DNA of 64,000 nt, from assembly GCF_964355755.1 (NCBI RefSeq), contig NC_092674.1, positions 12,896,001 through 12,960,000 of the forward strand, in the 5' to 3' direction. The stretch comes from Antedon mediterranea. Taxonomy: Eukaryota > Animalia > Echinodermata. The translations under genes and the position numbers were made by a program. The stretch's first letter is position 1; every line of letters begins with the position of its first letter. The notes under the pieces were generated by a model that saw only the letters and a program-made list of their open reading frames with translations, searched no databases and was not told the DNA's origin. Shown here in pieces: positions 41,288 through 54,290 of the stretch.

Positions 41288-41557
41288 TTTTTTTTTTATT
41301 TGATTTGAGTATTTAAAAACTTTAATTACTCTCTGTTTTTGCATACGCTGTTTTTGATACTTTATTCACATGCCGATGTAAATGTCCTTCAATCCTGTCG
41401 GTTGTTTACGAAAACCGAATGCCAATGCTTATATCGTAAACAACCGACAGGATTGAAGGACATTCGCATCGGCATGTGAATAAAGTATCAAAAACAGCGT
41501 ATGCAAAAACAGAGAGTAATTAAAGTTTTTAAATACTCAAATCAAATAAAAAAAAAA
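41288..41557. repeat. Near-perfect palindrome: 124-bp arms and a 22-nt loop
   Basis: Arms 41288-41411 and 41434-41557 are reverse complements with only 2 adjacent mismatches. Confidence 0.95.
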
Positions 41558-41722
41558 ACTCCTACCAGCGTGCAAAAATGCATTACTGTAGGTATTCTTG
41601 GGAATGGGATATGTAACTAGTTCCACGTGTAAATCGAGTCGACTTGACACGGATGCCCGGATGTACTCTCCTAAATGTTTTAAAAAAAAGCCAGAGACGA
41701 TATATATATATATAAATCACTT

Positions 41723-41759
41723 GCACTGATGAAGGGCTAGTGTTGGCCGAAAGCTCTGC
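41723..41759 (+). ncRNA. Candidate minimal hammerhead ribozyme motif (Penelope-like 3' end)
   Basis: GCA-CUGAUGA-AG-GGCUA-GUGU-UGGCC-GAAA-GC-UC-UGC: intact core, stem II, palindromic AGCU stem III region, 3-bp stem I. It follows a (TA)n run. Confidence 0.55.
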
Positions 41760-44407
41760 TAACTTTTCTGACTGTTTTACTTATCGTTTTGATTTAGCTT
41801 TCTCTTTTTTTTGTATCTCCATTGAGATCCAGCCACAGCATTGTCATTTTTTCAGTAATTTGCCTTTGGATTTATAAATCAATACATACTTTAATGTCCA
41901 ATCATACTCAATTCATTCTATTGAATGTTTTAAGTAGAATTGGGCAATTGTAATAATTCATAATTATATTATTAGACCTATGTACAGAAAAATGAAAGAA
42001 ATGTATCGGTTCAAAAATATACAGCCCAAACAACACATTTGAAATGTAACACAAACACACACACCCCAGACCCACTGTAGGTACAGAACATTCATTCTTA
42101 GCCGCCCGGTGATATAATTTAATTAACTAATTATTTTAAAACGATCATGTAATGAGGAAATCTGTGAGAATAAGAAAAATTTAGGAACCCTCGCTTGATA
42201 TGCTGGTGCTTTCATAGTGTTTTTCAAATTCGACTGGGCATAATCAACAAACAAAAGCCCTAATGAGGTTTCGTAAAATAATACAGTGATATTGTATTTT
42301 ACAAATACAATCAATTTTAGGATTTTCTTATACATAATAGTTTGGTTCTTTATCAGTATTGGATAGTGTAATAAATGGTCATTAATATTATACATAGAAA
42401 TTATTTATTTAATTATAAATAGAAAATTAGGCCATATCAAATACCAGTGAACATCCGTTTAGCCCGTTTGAAATTCAATCAAACCTATTTGGTTAATAAT
42501 AATTTAATGAGTTCAGAATGTATACCTTTTTATCCGCATACGATATTTGACTATGTATTTATGTAAATTATTTGATATGTTTTCCAATAAACAATGTACT
42601 GATTTTTGTTTTAACACTTTGCAATGATGAATGATAAAAGGGTCTATTTTTTGTAATTGATTTGGGTATTTGTAACTTTCCATAGCTCTCTGTTTTTTAC
42701 TTTATTCACATGCCGATATGAATGTCCTGGAGTCCAATCGGTCATTTACGAAAACAGAATACACTGTAATAAGCATGATTTGCATAGAATTCTCATAAAA
42801 TCCTGTGTTTATATCTCAAAGGTCACTAAACAGTCCCAGAAGACAGATCATTCAAGGTTATGATATGAATGGTGAACTAGCAAATAGCTCAACATTTTGA
42901 TTACAAAATGCTTAATTTAAACACAAAGGAGAATGTACATAGGTATACAACTCCCTGGGTAGACATTCTGTGAACACCACTACTCGTAGATTTAAATGTA
43001 TAGATAGATAAATAATATATAATGTGATGATCAATGAAGAATGATAATCTCATGTAAAATCGAAACCTTGCATTGAATTGACAATGATTTTTAATACAAC
43101 AAATTCAATCAAGGTGCTTGATATAAATATTCTTTTACATTTCACATTAACATTATACCGACGATAATGATGGTGTATAATTATATGTGACTTGGTGGAG
43201 ACTCTTACCCCAACCCGGTTTATAAATTACAATTCCGTCTGCTGTATTGCTTATTGTTATTGGATATACTCTTGTTTTTAAACCGTAAATATTAAAAAAA
43301 CGACGAACTCTTTCATGGTAAAGAAATAACCATCATCCATACAAAAAGATAGATCTCGCAGATATTTCTTTGTTTAAAGGTTCATGTACAAAAATAAGGA
43401 AAAACTGGCATTTAGGGGTAATGTTGTATCAAAATAATCTGATTTAAAGTGTACATTTGAACCATCTCAAGGATGTATGGTATGTGGATGTTGGTTGAGA
43501 ATGAGAGGATGAGCTGAGGTGGGGTTGGTGGTTAGATGGGGATTCAGAGATAATGAATCAAAATGAATTCTTCTGTGAAGGATTTAACCTGTGATTTCAA
43601 TCATGCATGGTCTCCATGAAGCAAATAACTCCCACCCTGGGGCAGGTATTTGTATCTGCTACCTTCTAATAAATATAAGAAGTCTGACAGTTTAGCATAC
43701 CAGATGATTTTAATGCATTTTTATTTTATACTTTACTTTTAACTTTATTAAATTGTACAATCATTTTCATAAATCATAATAAATAAATAAGTCTATATGC
43801 AGACTTTTGTACTAGGTTCTCCCAACCAAAGGGCCAATAAATTTACCTGTCATGGACACTTGTTGTGTGCTATACCAATTAAGGGATTGTGACTTAAAGT
43901 AAGATGTCATCTTTTTTGTGGCACGCCTAATTGGCGACAGAAGCTGTGTTAGCCTCTTTTGTTGCTCCATGGCGCAAAATCTAGCTATTTTTTGTATTGT
44001 TATGTTTGTATAATTGTTTTTGCCGAAATTAATAAAATAAAATATAATAATCTAAATTTCTTCTTAAAGATGATGAGTTATTTAAGTTTGATCAAAAACT
44101 AACTCATATATATCAAAGTTATGCGATGAGGTCATAATTGCTACACCCATTTTACAATCTTAGTTTGTGTACATTTTATCATCGAGTTGAACAACAACTA
44201 AAATACAACTGTATCACACATTCATCAAACAATACTGTATAAGTAATAATAATCCCTTCTACATTGTAGTTGTGGGCCCTGTACTCTGCTAAAGTTACTT
44301 TAAATACACGTAATACATTTGACATATGCCTACAATCATGTACTGTACGTGTACTTGAACAAAGCATGTATTTGTGTTTATTCTGCATGTTGTCAACCCC
44401 GATATCT

Positions 44408-44600
44408 ACTCGCAGTTTCCGACTCGCAACTCGCACTTTCCGACTCGCAACTCGCACTTTCCGACTAGCAACTCGCAGTTTCTGACCCGCAACTCGCACT
44501 TTCTGACTCACAATTCGCACTTTCCGACCCGCAACTCGCACTTTCTGACTCGCAATTCGCACTTTCCGACTCGCAACTCACACTTTCCGACCCGCAACTC
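44408..44600. repeat. Minisatellite, ~9 x 21 bp (ACTCGCACTTTCCGACTCGCA)
   Basis: Overlapping ORFs on both strands show 7-aa periodicity. Confidence 0.92.
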
Positions 44601-45503
44601 CTAATAGGAGTTATCGCGGGAAAAACGAATACTGTAAGCCTATACTACAATGAATCATAATTTATCTGGACTCAAGAAAATTTGATTCTATTTTGTATCT
44701 ATACATACTGCTCTTATTCCGTTCTCTCATTCGGCTAGGATTTTTGTCAAACAGTTCGTTTAATCTTTAATCATCAGGGTCTATGTGTACTTGATGTAAT
44801 ACTTTTTTGTATGGAATCTCTGCCTCGACCAAATGATGCTTTTTGTTTTTGTTTTTATTTTTATTATTATATTTTTGTTTATTAAATATACATATGTTGA
44901 TGTTTGATTTTGGTAGAAATAAATGTTGAATTGAATGTTTGCGATATACTATGATATGACCTGATGCATATCTGATGCATATACAGTATATACACTTTTA
45001 GTACTGAGTGCCTATATTATTTGTACGTGTCATCTAGTTGATGAGCCTAGTACAGTATAATAATATATAGAATACAAATCCAACATTCTTCAAAATTCTA
45101 TGATGTGGGTAACATGGGTACCTTACTGTCAAACTACTTTACATTGCATTCGTTTATCATGAACGGATTGTGATTGACTTTCCAGTCCGCGAATGTCCTT
45201 GCCTGTTGGAATTTGATTTACAAGCGTGATTGATTTTGACGGTAGCTTACCATTGAAAAGACCAAAAAACATTCTAGCACACGCTGTCGTCCCTGTATCA
45301 CGCTCAGAACTTGCTGCTCAAAAACTTTTTGTCATCGAAACTGTAGGCCTACTGAAATTTTATTTAAAAGTTCCTGATTGACCTTTTCTGTTTCATCAAT
45401 TGTTCGACTTCTTCAAATACAGTGAGTAATAATAGAACATTTGTATTATATTAATTTGAACAACATTTTACAATTATTAAAACAGTACTGTATTACTGTA
45501 ACT

Positions 45504-46277
45504 ATGAATGTAAATAGTAAAATTTACTGTAAAAGAACTCTCCGCAATAGAGCCAAAAGAAGGGCTAATGAGATTGTAGGGCAAATTGGTAGGCCTAGGC
45601 CTAATGTGAATTTTGATACGGATAATGTAATTAGGCCTATTAATCCACGTTATTATAATGATGAACACGTTGACGACGGAAGTGTCAATATTACTCCGTC
45701 TCTACCTCCTTCTGATAATAGCCAAACTGACAATGTCACTACTAGTACTACTAGTCATGATGACCAGAGTGTTAGTAGTCTTAATAAAGCAAGTAGTAGT
45801 AGTGTTACTTCCAGTTGTAGCCTAACTAAAAATAGTCCCAAACGTTGTAGTAATATCAGCAGAATTGAAATTAGTAGCAGCAGTAGTAGCAGCAGTAGTA
45901 TAAATGATATTGATCGTAGTAATAGTAGTACTAGTTCTACTATTATTAATACTACCACTACTACCAGTGGTGGGGGTAGTAGTAATTTTAGCCTATCTCA
46001 TCCTCCTTATTTTTCAAGTAGTCCGGGCAATACTTCCTCTAGTTCTCTGTCCGATGATGAGGAAGACAACATTAATCCTTCAACTACGATAAGAAATGAA
46101 CTCTGTAGATGGGCTATTGAGAGCCAAACACCATCATGTCATGTTACTTCACTTCTTAGTATTCTTAAAACTTGTGTACCAAATCTTCCAAAAGATGCAC
46201 GAACATTAAAACATACCCTTACTTCATACCGACTAGAGGACATTGCAGGAGGGACATACCATCATTTGCACACATAA
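45504..46277 (+). pseudogene. 3'-truncated animal EnSpm/CACTA transposase ORF of element B
   Basis: Basic N-terminus and Ser-rich linker, then LCRWAIES...VTSLLSILK...LPKDARTL...IAGGTYHH, the typical pre-catalytic segment of metazoan EnSpm transposases. The catalytic part is missing. Confidence 0.8.
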
Positions 46278-46466
46278 AATTGGATGTCTCTTCCTCGTTT
46301 TCAAAATAATATTTTAAAAATCTTATTTAGTATTATTAAAATAATTATTTCAAATGCATAATTGCTTGTTTTATCTTGCTAATAGGGAAGCAAGAGGCTT
46401 TTGATTATATATTTTTCACATGAGATAAAGTATTCTGTTGATGCACAATGTTTGTACACTTTGCAG

Positions 46467-47336
46467 TTTCAGCTAGAAGATCATGGACCGGAATGACGGA
46501 GGCCACATGTGAAAATAAAATAAAATCTTGGCTGAAATACAGCAAGGACAGAGCTGGGGGAAGAAAACTTAGGGAACAAAAGAAGAAAGGTCAGTTCAAT
46601 AGTTAAATTTAGTATTTAAAGATGTTTGTACTTTACTTGTAAATCAGGTATCAAGTCATTTTAAACCACCATCATGACGGCAACAACAATAATCCATGCT
46701 GGTGGTTATTTATTACGACTACTAATTTTCAAACTAGAATTTAATTCGTCTCTTTAACGAATTATAAGTGATGTCATTTTATAATTTTACTGACATTTAT
46801 TTTAAAACAAATCATGCACTTACGTTAAAATACCATCGCAAAATGTTGATACTGTATAATTATGGCATCTTTTGACCTGATGCATTTACGCTTATAGTGC
46901 TGAGTTATAATTATCTACAGCATATGTACATCTATATACAATGTAGCATAGGTGAAATTACGGGACCCACATTATGTTCTATTTTTTTTGGTATGATGGC
47001 GTTATCAAAGTAAACATGAAGATGATGAATTGAGCAAAAAGATAAAAGATTTGGAATAAAATTAATTGGGCACGTAAAAGGGCGGCGGTGCGCGCTTTTT
47101 GAAATTTGTACAACTTTTACTAAAAACTAACATTGTGTTAAATAAATTGCAATGCGATAAGCTTTCTACTATAGCTTATGGTTTGTAATCACTATGTGTG
47201 TATTTAGTAAACGTATATAATTTACAGTTAATTGACAATAACTTGCTTTTCTTTTCTCTTTGTAGCAGCTGCAGCAGCAGCAAACACCGACGAAGCCGAA
47301 GATACCATAGATGATGATGATGAACTTTTTATTTGA
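46467..47336 (+). pseudogene. Last two exons (46467-46589, 47266-47336) of the element B accessory, TnpA-analogous gene
   Basis: AG|..SARRSWTGMTEATCENKIKSWLKYSKDRAGGRKLREQKKK G|GT joins in phase to AG|CA..AAAAANTDEAEDTIDDDDELFI*. The IxxWLxxxxDRxGGR motif resembles DUF4806-type C-termini (from memory). Confidence 0.65.
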
Positions 47337-47989
47337 ATTGTTGGTTATCCGTATACTGGATGCTTTTACGGCATCATATTGCCAGTAGATTTTGTAAAAT
47401 AGGATTTGTTTTTTCTTTGGTACTATTATTCATATTTAAAAGAGCGCATCTCGCTTATCGATACCCCATTTCTCCCAGCTTTAAATATTTTCTTATTCAA
47501 TAAATCATTCCTCGCATGAGTAGTAAACTTTTTAATTTTGATGACCTCATTATGTCTCAACATTTGAACAACATGGGTTAATTAATTTAATCTATATAGT
47601 AAATTGTAATCTATAGCCCCTCAGGATGAAAAGTGGCCCTCATGATTAAATGTGTGCTCAAATTAACTTCCGAATTGATGAAATGTTAAAAACTTGATTA
47701 AAATGTAATCAAACGTTGCAATTAATTATACATTTTTACATTCTTAAGAGACGAGTTCAAATCTATATAGTTTATTTGATTTTTAATTGTCTAGTTTTTA
47801 AATGTTTTACTTAAATTGTTTATCATTAAATAAGTATACCTTTAATAAAAACAATTTCCAATCCAATATTTGCAGAGTACCGGCATTATTTAATTGTTAA
47901 GTTTCATTCATATTCATTCGATGGTACAATCTATTTACTACGGTGAATCGATGTAAATTAACACAGCTACTCCAACACGTTGTGCTCAC

Positions 47990-48900
47990 GCATAACCGAC
48001 GAATACAAAATACGATGACCGACGTTGACCCAACACATTGGGCGAACTAATGCCCAACGAAGAACAATTACGTTAAACCAACGTCATCAAAAGTTGTTAG
48101 ACCAATGTAATATAAATGACGTTAAGCCGACATCAACCCAACACGTTGAGCCAACCTAGACACGACAAATAAAAAAATACGTTGAACCAACGTCATCAAA
48201 AGTTATTAGACCAACGTAATGTATATGACGTTAAGCCGACGTCAACCAAACACATGTCGGGCCAACATCGTTAAAAGATGTTAAGCCAACCATAAATGAC
48301 GACGTTTGTCCGACGTTGCCCGAACACGTTGTTGCAATGTCTGTCCAACGCGTTGGGCCCACTAAGGGCCGATGTAAAAAATAACGTTGGGCCTACGTCG
48401 GTAAAAGTAACGTCGGGCCTACGTCGGTAAAAGTTGTTAAGCCAACCATAAATAACGACGTTTGTCCGACGTCGCCCCAACACGTTGTTCCGATGTCTGT
48501 CCAACGCGTTGGGCCCACTAAGGGCCGACGGAAAATATTACGTCGGGCCTATGTCGCGGTATAAGATGTCGAGCCAACCATAAACGATGACGTTTGGCCG
48601 ACGTCGCCCCAACACGTTGTTCCAATGTCTGTTCAACGCGTTGGGCCCACTAAGGGCCGATGGAAAAAATTACGTCGGGCCTACGTTGGTAACAGTAACG
48701 TCGGGCCTACGTCGGTAAAAGATGTCAAGCCAACCATAAACGACGACGTTTGGCCGACGTCGCCCCAACACGTTGTTCCGATGTCTGTACAACGCGTTGG
48801 GCCCACTAAGGGCCGATGGAAAAAATTACGTCGGGCCTACGTCGCCTAAAGTTGTTGGCCCAACGTAACTGTTGACCTTACGCCAACGTCGGTACAACGT
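47990..48900. repeat. Right subterminal repeats of element B, rich in ACGT cores (CGACGTCG, AACGTTG)
   Basis: About 4 copies of a 120-150 bp GC-richer unit containing GTTGGGCCCACTAAGGGCCGA. Confidence 0.85.
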
Positions 48901-49264
48901 GTGATTGCTAGCTGGGCAACTTCTTACACACTGATGATATCATACAATATGATATAACTCAGATATCAGTCTGATATCGGCAACTTCTTACACAATGATA
49001 TCATACAATATGATAGAACTGGGATATCAGTTTGATATCGGCAACCTCTCACACAATGATATCATATACATAATATAATTTAGATAGGCCTATAAGTCTA
49101 TCAGAAACTTCTCATATTAATGATAATACAATGATATAATTCTGATATGAAACTTTTAATTGTATGATATCATCCGATAATCTCAGACTTACATCAGTCT
49201 CATACCTTGGGATAACATTTTATTTCATACCTCGCCATGCTCATTAAACTCTAACAAAATATAT

Positions 49265-49560
49265 CCCAGTGGGCACAGAACATAATTTCAACGTTTGAAT
49301 CAACGTTAAAATTTCGTTGATGTGTTGAAATGATGTTAACAGCGTATTCTAAACGTTGATTCAACGTTGAAATAACATTGTCTTTCTAACTACTAACCTT
49401 TTACGTTTATTTATCAATGTTAATTTAACGTTGAAATAATGTTCAAATTAAGTTGACATTTTTGTCAAAAAAGGTTGAAGTTATGTAGTGTTTTTAACCA
49501 ACTATTATGTTTGTTTGTTTATCAGTGTCATTTTAACGTTAATTTAACGTTGAAATTCAT
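49265..49560 (+). mobile_element. Orphan left end of a further CCCAG-type EnSpm-like element
   Basis: CCCAGTGGGCACAG followed by repeated AACGTT motifs. No matching right end was found. Confidence 0.55.
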
Positions 49561-51312
49561 TTGACAATTTTGGTTAAAATGACACCATGGTTTTATATAT
49601 TATACAGTATTTGTTTTAATACAAATGTTCTACATATTAATAGTAGGCCTAATGTATAAAAACTATAGCCTATACCAGTTGTATTGAATCAAAATGACCT
49701 TTCACGCAAGATCAAATTTCATAAGATACAAGCTTGTCATTGGTTGGTTTCATTTTGATACACTTTTTAAACTGTTGTCAGCTGCTTGGTGTTGATGGTG
49801 GTGGTGTTGAGACAAAGACTCATCTTTTTGATAATTGTAAATACAGGTAAGAAAACAATCTTGTTTTTATTTAGTAATCTACTAATTTATAAGCTTAGTC
49901 CTTACAGTTTAACTAGTTTACAATAATAACTATAGCCTTAGTTCACTTGGCTTGTGTTGTGATAATAAAAAACTAACTAGAGCCTGGCAGGGTGCTGAAC
50001 TCAACTGTATTATAATTACTGGATACTATGCCAAGGATAACTCCAGTACTTTTTATGAAGGTTATAAAATGGTATGTTGTAGGCCTGGCTAGGCTGTCTG
50101 CAGCTCCTATAAACACATGCTAGGTATCACAGCTATACAATACACTCACTCACTTTCTTTTTTTTCAGATGTAGGCCTATAGGCTATAGCCTAGTAAGTA
50201 GCTTAGTAGGCCATAACAAGCCATTACTTAGCTAGAAAAGACAGCAATGGAATAATAACTGTTTTAATACAGTTAACTGTAATATCTTCTGATATACGTT
50301 GACGGTTGTTTTACATTAAAAGGAGTAATACACTGATACTGTTGAATGTATATGAGCTTTATTGAATTGAACTAATTTTGCTTGTCCGAAGACTGGAGAG
50401 AATATGATAATCTATTAACTGTTCACTGAGTTGGTATATTGTGGAATTTATAATTGTTCTAATGGGATTTCTAACGGGAGTTACTACAGTATAAACAATT
50501 AAGTGTTGCTGTCCAGTGGTCCGATTTGCCCTAGCTTTCACTGAGGTGAAGGTGATGTGACATGATGTGCATCTAAACATATACAGATGACCATTGAGAT
50601 AATATCTAATATGGGATGATCAATGATTTCAGAAATAAAAGGTTGGTATAGTGCTTAACTCATTGACTTGAAAATATGTTGTGCAATAATTATTACACTG
50701 TTAATATTATTTATATTCATTTATAATTTGAGACTTTATATAGTGATTGTGTATGCATTATTTATCTAATACAGTACTACATATTGAACTATTTATAGAC
50801 CATACATAACCTTTAAAAGTAAGTACTGTAGCCCAATGCTTATTATAAATACGAGATTAAATTATCTATTTTCAACATATAATGTGGTTGGAATCTATAA
50901 CTATTAACTTTAAATCTGTTAAAAAATGTCTAAATTTTAAACATATTACTGACCAAACTCTGTAGTTTTTCATAAAATAATTTTAAAATAGTTTTAAGTC
51001 CTTTTTCTTGGTACTACATATTGAACTATGTATAGGCCTATGTAGATGTTTAGTAAAATCTGTAGCCCAATTCTTATGATGCTGTGCTGCACCCAGATCT
51101 CACTCAAGATATAAGTGTACAGTCAAGATATAAGTGTACAGTACTGTACACAATTAAAGCTAGAAATGCTTTAGTCCTGTGAGTGGCCCGGATCTCGGCG
51201 AATTAGATTTGCTTTTGAAAGGGGGGTGGCACATATTTCTCAAATTGGGTAGTGCAATAACTGATTTTTTAATAAAACGAAATATAATATATTATTTATT
51301 TTGCTGTTGCAG

Positions 51313-51503
51313 CTACAGTGAAACACTTCCACAAGGATGACAACATAAAAGTGAAGAGGGGAAAGGAGTACATCAATACAACAGTAAAAATGGAAGCCGG
51401 AAAACAGATGGAGGTTTTTCTTTCAAATGCTGTGAGCAGAATTAAAAGAAAAGCAGCCCCACCAACTCCAAGACACACATGGAACTACTATTTTTTTAAA
51501 TAA
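51313..51503 (+). pseudogene. Possible terminal exon of an element A accessory gene
   Basis: TTGCAG acceptor, then an open frame ...KMEAGKQMEVFLSNAVSRIKRK..., followed by AATAAA signals and the right terminal array. Confidence 0.35.
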
Positions 51504-51819
51504 CATCATTATAACTCCGCTTTAACCACGTGCCGTAGATTCGATAAAATATACCAACAAACCAACATAGAATAACAACTTTTTTCAGCTTCCTTTTTAA
51601 TTTTAATAGACACTTTGCTTACTATTTTTTGTTTTAATCAAGATTTTAAAATAGCTTGTAATAATAAAATGTTACTTGCCTATTATTACATTACTTGTAT
51701 TGGTTTATTTATGACTCTCGCGGTATGGGGAGGATCATGTTATTGAGAGTGTAAAATCTAGTCCGCAAGAATAGGCATTAAATCAAGGATATTTCTATGG
51801 TATATTTATTATTGTTAAG

Positions 51820-52510
51820 CTCACAGCGATCTCACCATGATCTCCTATGATTATTTATTATAATTATCTCATGGCGACCTCATCAGGATCTCATTGTGAT
51901 CTTACTTACCATGATCTCATTAGTATCTCATGGCGATCTCACTATGATCTCATTATTATCTCATGGCGATCTCACCATGATCTCCTCATTATCTTCATGG
52001 TGAGATCTCACCATGATCTAATTTTATGATATCAATTGCTGATATCACTTTGGTATCTATTTGTGATTTCAATATGATATCATAATTGATCTCTTGAATA
52101 TCTCATAGGCTGACATCAATGTTGAGATCGCCATGAGATCATTCTATGATATCAATTGCTGATATCACTCTGGTATCTATTTGTGATTTCAATATGATAT
52201 CATAAGTGATCTCTCAAATATCTCAGAGGCTGACATCAATGTTGAGATCAACATGAGATCATTCTATGATATCAATTGCTGATATCACTCTGGTATCTAT
52301 TTGTGACTTCAATATGATATCATAAGTGATCTCTCAAATATCTCAGAGGCTGACATCAATGTTGAGATCGCCATGAGATCATTCTATGATATCAATTGCT
52401 GATATCACTCTGGTATCTATTTGTGATTTCAATATGATATCATAAGTGATCTCTCAAATATCTCAGAGGCTGACATCAATGTTGAGATCAACATGAGATC
52501 ACTATGAGAT
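51820..52510. repeat. Right subterminal array of element A, including 4 x 120-bp units
   Basis: Sequence from 52021 to 52500 repeats every 120 bp. GATATC and GAGATC/GATCTC motifs. Confidence 0.93.
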
Positions 52511-53916
52511 CAAATTCTTACCTGGGATACTTGTCCCAAGTCTGTATCTATTAATTCACCAGTCGAGATTTCAACTTTGTCTGGAAATGTTAGCTAAATA
52601 TGAGTATAAAACGCAACAGGTGCCAAAATGATTTATCTTTTATACTAATATTATTTCGAAACATGGTCTCTTGCCTAGCGTGTGTAAGATATGTTTGGGA
52701 GGGAGTTAATTTTAAATGATTGAACCGTTGGGACGTTTCTGATATTATTTGACATACGAGTACATTTCCGTGAATGTAATCAGTGGATAATCGAATAGAA
52801 TGAGGTATTTTAAAACCGTGAGACTGAGGTGGTACACACTTAATCGCACCTTCTAATACAAAATGAATAGTGAATCTAGAAAATCCATAAAATCTTATTA
52901 ATGTAGACATGTGGTCAAATGTGCAGTAAGACAATTTTTATCTACCAATACATGCCGCACTACAAAAAAAAATAGAAAAATAGGATAATTTCTTTTCTGG
53001 TAAAAAATAAAACCATAATAAGTGTACTACTATATATTTTAATAATTGCGGCATTCCATTTTTGACGTACGTCGGAGGGCTATACACTTCATGCCTACTG
53101 ACTGACAGCGAAGTAAACAGTATGTGGTACGCATTTGTCTGTCGGTGTCTCTGTACGAATCATTCATACGCGGCCCGGTCGACATATCTGAAATCGGAAA
53201 TTCATTTGCAACAACGCATGGACGTACGTTCATACAGGTAAAGGTACGATTTATGTTCTCACGATTGAGTTTACGAATTGTTTCAATTTACGAATAACCA
53301 TTTATGTACCGCCTATATTCGCCGTCGATTAAGGGGGTTTGGGTGGGGGTTCGATTGGGGAAAAGGAAGCGGTTGGCCCGAACCATAAAACAGGGTCTGG
53401 CCACGTTTCTTTTCGCTCATAAACAGTGGCGGATCTAGGGATGAATAGGGTGGTTAGCCACCCCTCCCCCCCCCCCCACACTTAATTCTCAAAAAAGAAA
53501 GATGCACCAAAACCGCGAGCGTCGCTAGACGTGGATTCGACGCACTTGACTCTGTTAATTAAGAAGAGTAGGCTAGAGCTATAGTTGTGTAAATAGGCCT
53601 ACATAGTGAAAGAGCTAAGAGTTGAATTACTATTTATAAATTCAAGAGTTTAAAAAGCTTATTTTAAAGCTTATTAAATATAGATTACGAATATATAAAA
53701 AGCGAAATAAACATAACTTCCGACACTACGCCGATTTTGTGATGCCATGCCTCATACAATAATTTATGTATAGGTGTTAGGTGCGGCTAGGAGGTCATTG
53801 CAATTATTGAATTCCATAATAATAAGTTTAAATAGTCTTAGTTTTACAGCCGTCTAATAAACGTCACGTGATATTCGATTTTGTCGAAAGGTGGCAGTAT
53901 AAATTACGCAATATTT

Positions 53917-54290
53917 GACTGCATGATGATTGGTGTGTACTGCATGACGATAGGTATGTACTGCATGACCATTGGTGTGTACTGAATGACGATTGGTGTG
54001 TACTGCATGAGTTTGGTGTGTACTGTATGACGATTGGTGTGTACTGCATGATGTTTGGTGTGTACTGCATGACGATTGGTGTGTACTGCATGACGATTGG
54101 TGTGTACTGCATGACGATTGGTGTGTACTGCATGACGATTGGTGTGTACTGCATGACGATTGGTGTGTACTGCATGACGATTGGTGTGTACTGCATGATT
54201 GGTGTGTACACTGCATGACGATTGGTGTGTAGGCCTACTGCATGATGTTTGGTGTGTACTGCATGGTGGACGATTGGTGTGTACTGCATG
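53917..54290. repeat. Minisatellite, ~17 x 21 bp (GATTGGTGTGTACTGCATGAC)
   Basis: Direct tandem units, with 7-aa periodic ORFs in several frames. Confidence 0.95.

Larger units (their letters stand above)
34085..48916 (+). mobile_element. 14.8 kb CMC-EnSpm-type transposon (element B) nested in the element A array
   Basis: Perfect 13-bp TIR CCCAGCTAGCAAT, 2-bp TSD CA (34083-84 and 48917-18). The interrupted 61-bp unit resumes in register. An internal transposase fragment is present. Confidence 0.93.
32998..52526. mobile_element. 19.5 kb composite CMC-EnSpm-type insertion (element A plus nested content)
   Basis: Termini CCCAGTCAAGA ... TCTTACCTGGG, 2-bp TSD AT (32996-97 and 52527-28) confirmed by the empty paralogous site at 29941-29942, and GATATC-rich arrays at both ends. 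Confidence 0.92.
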
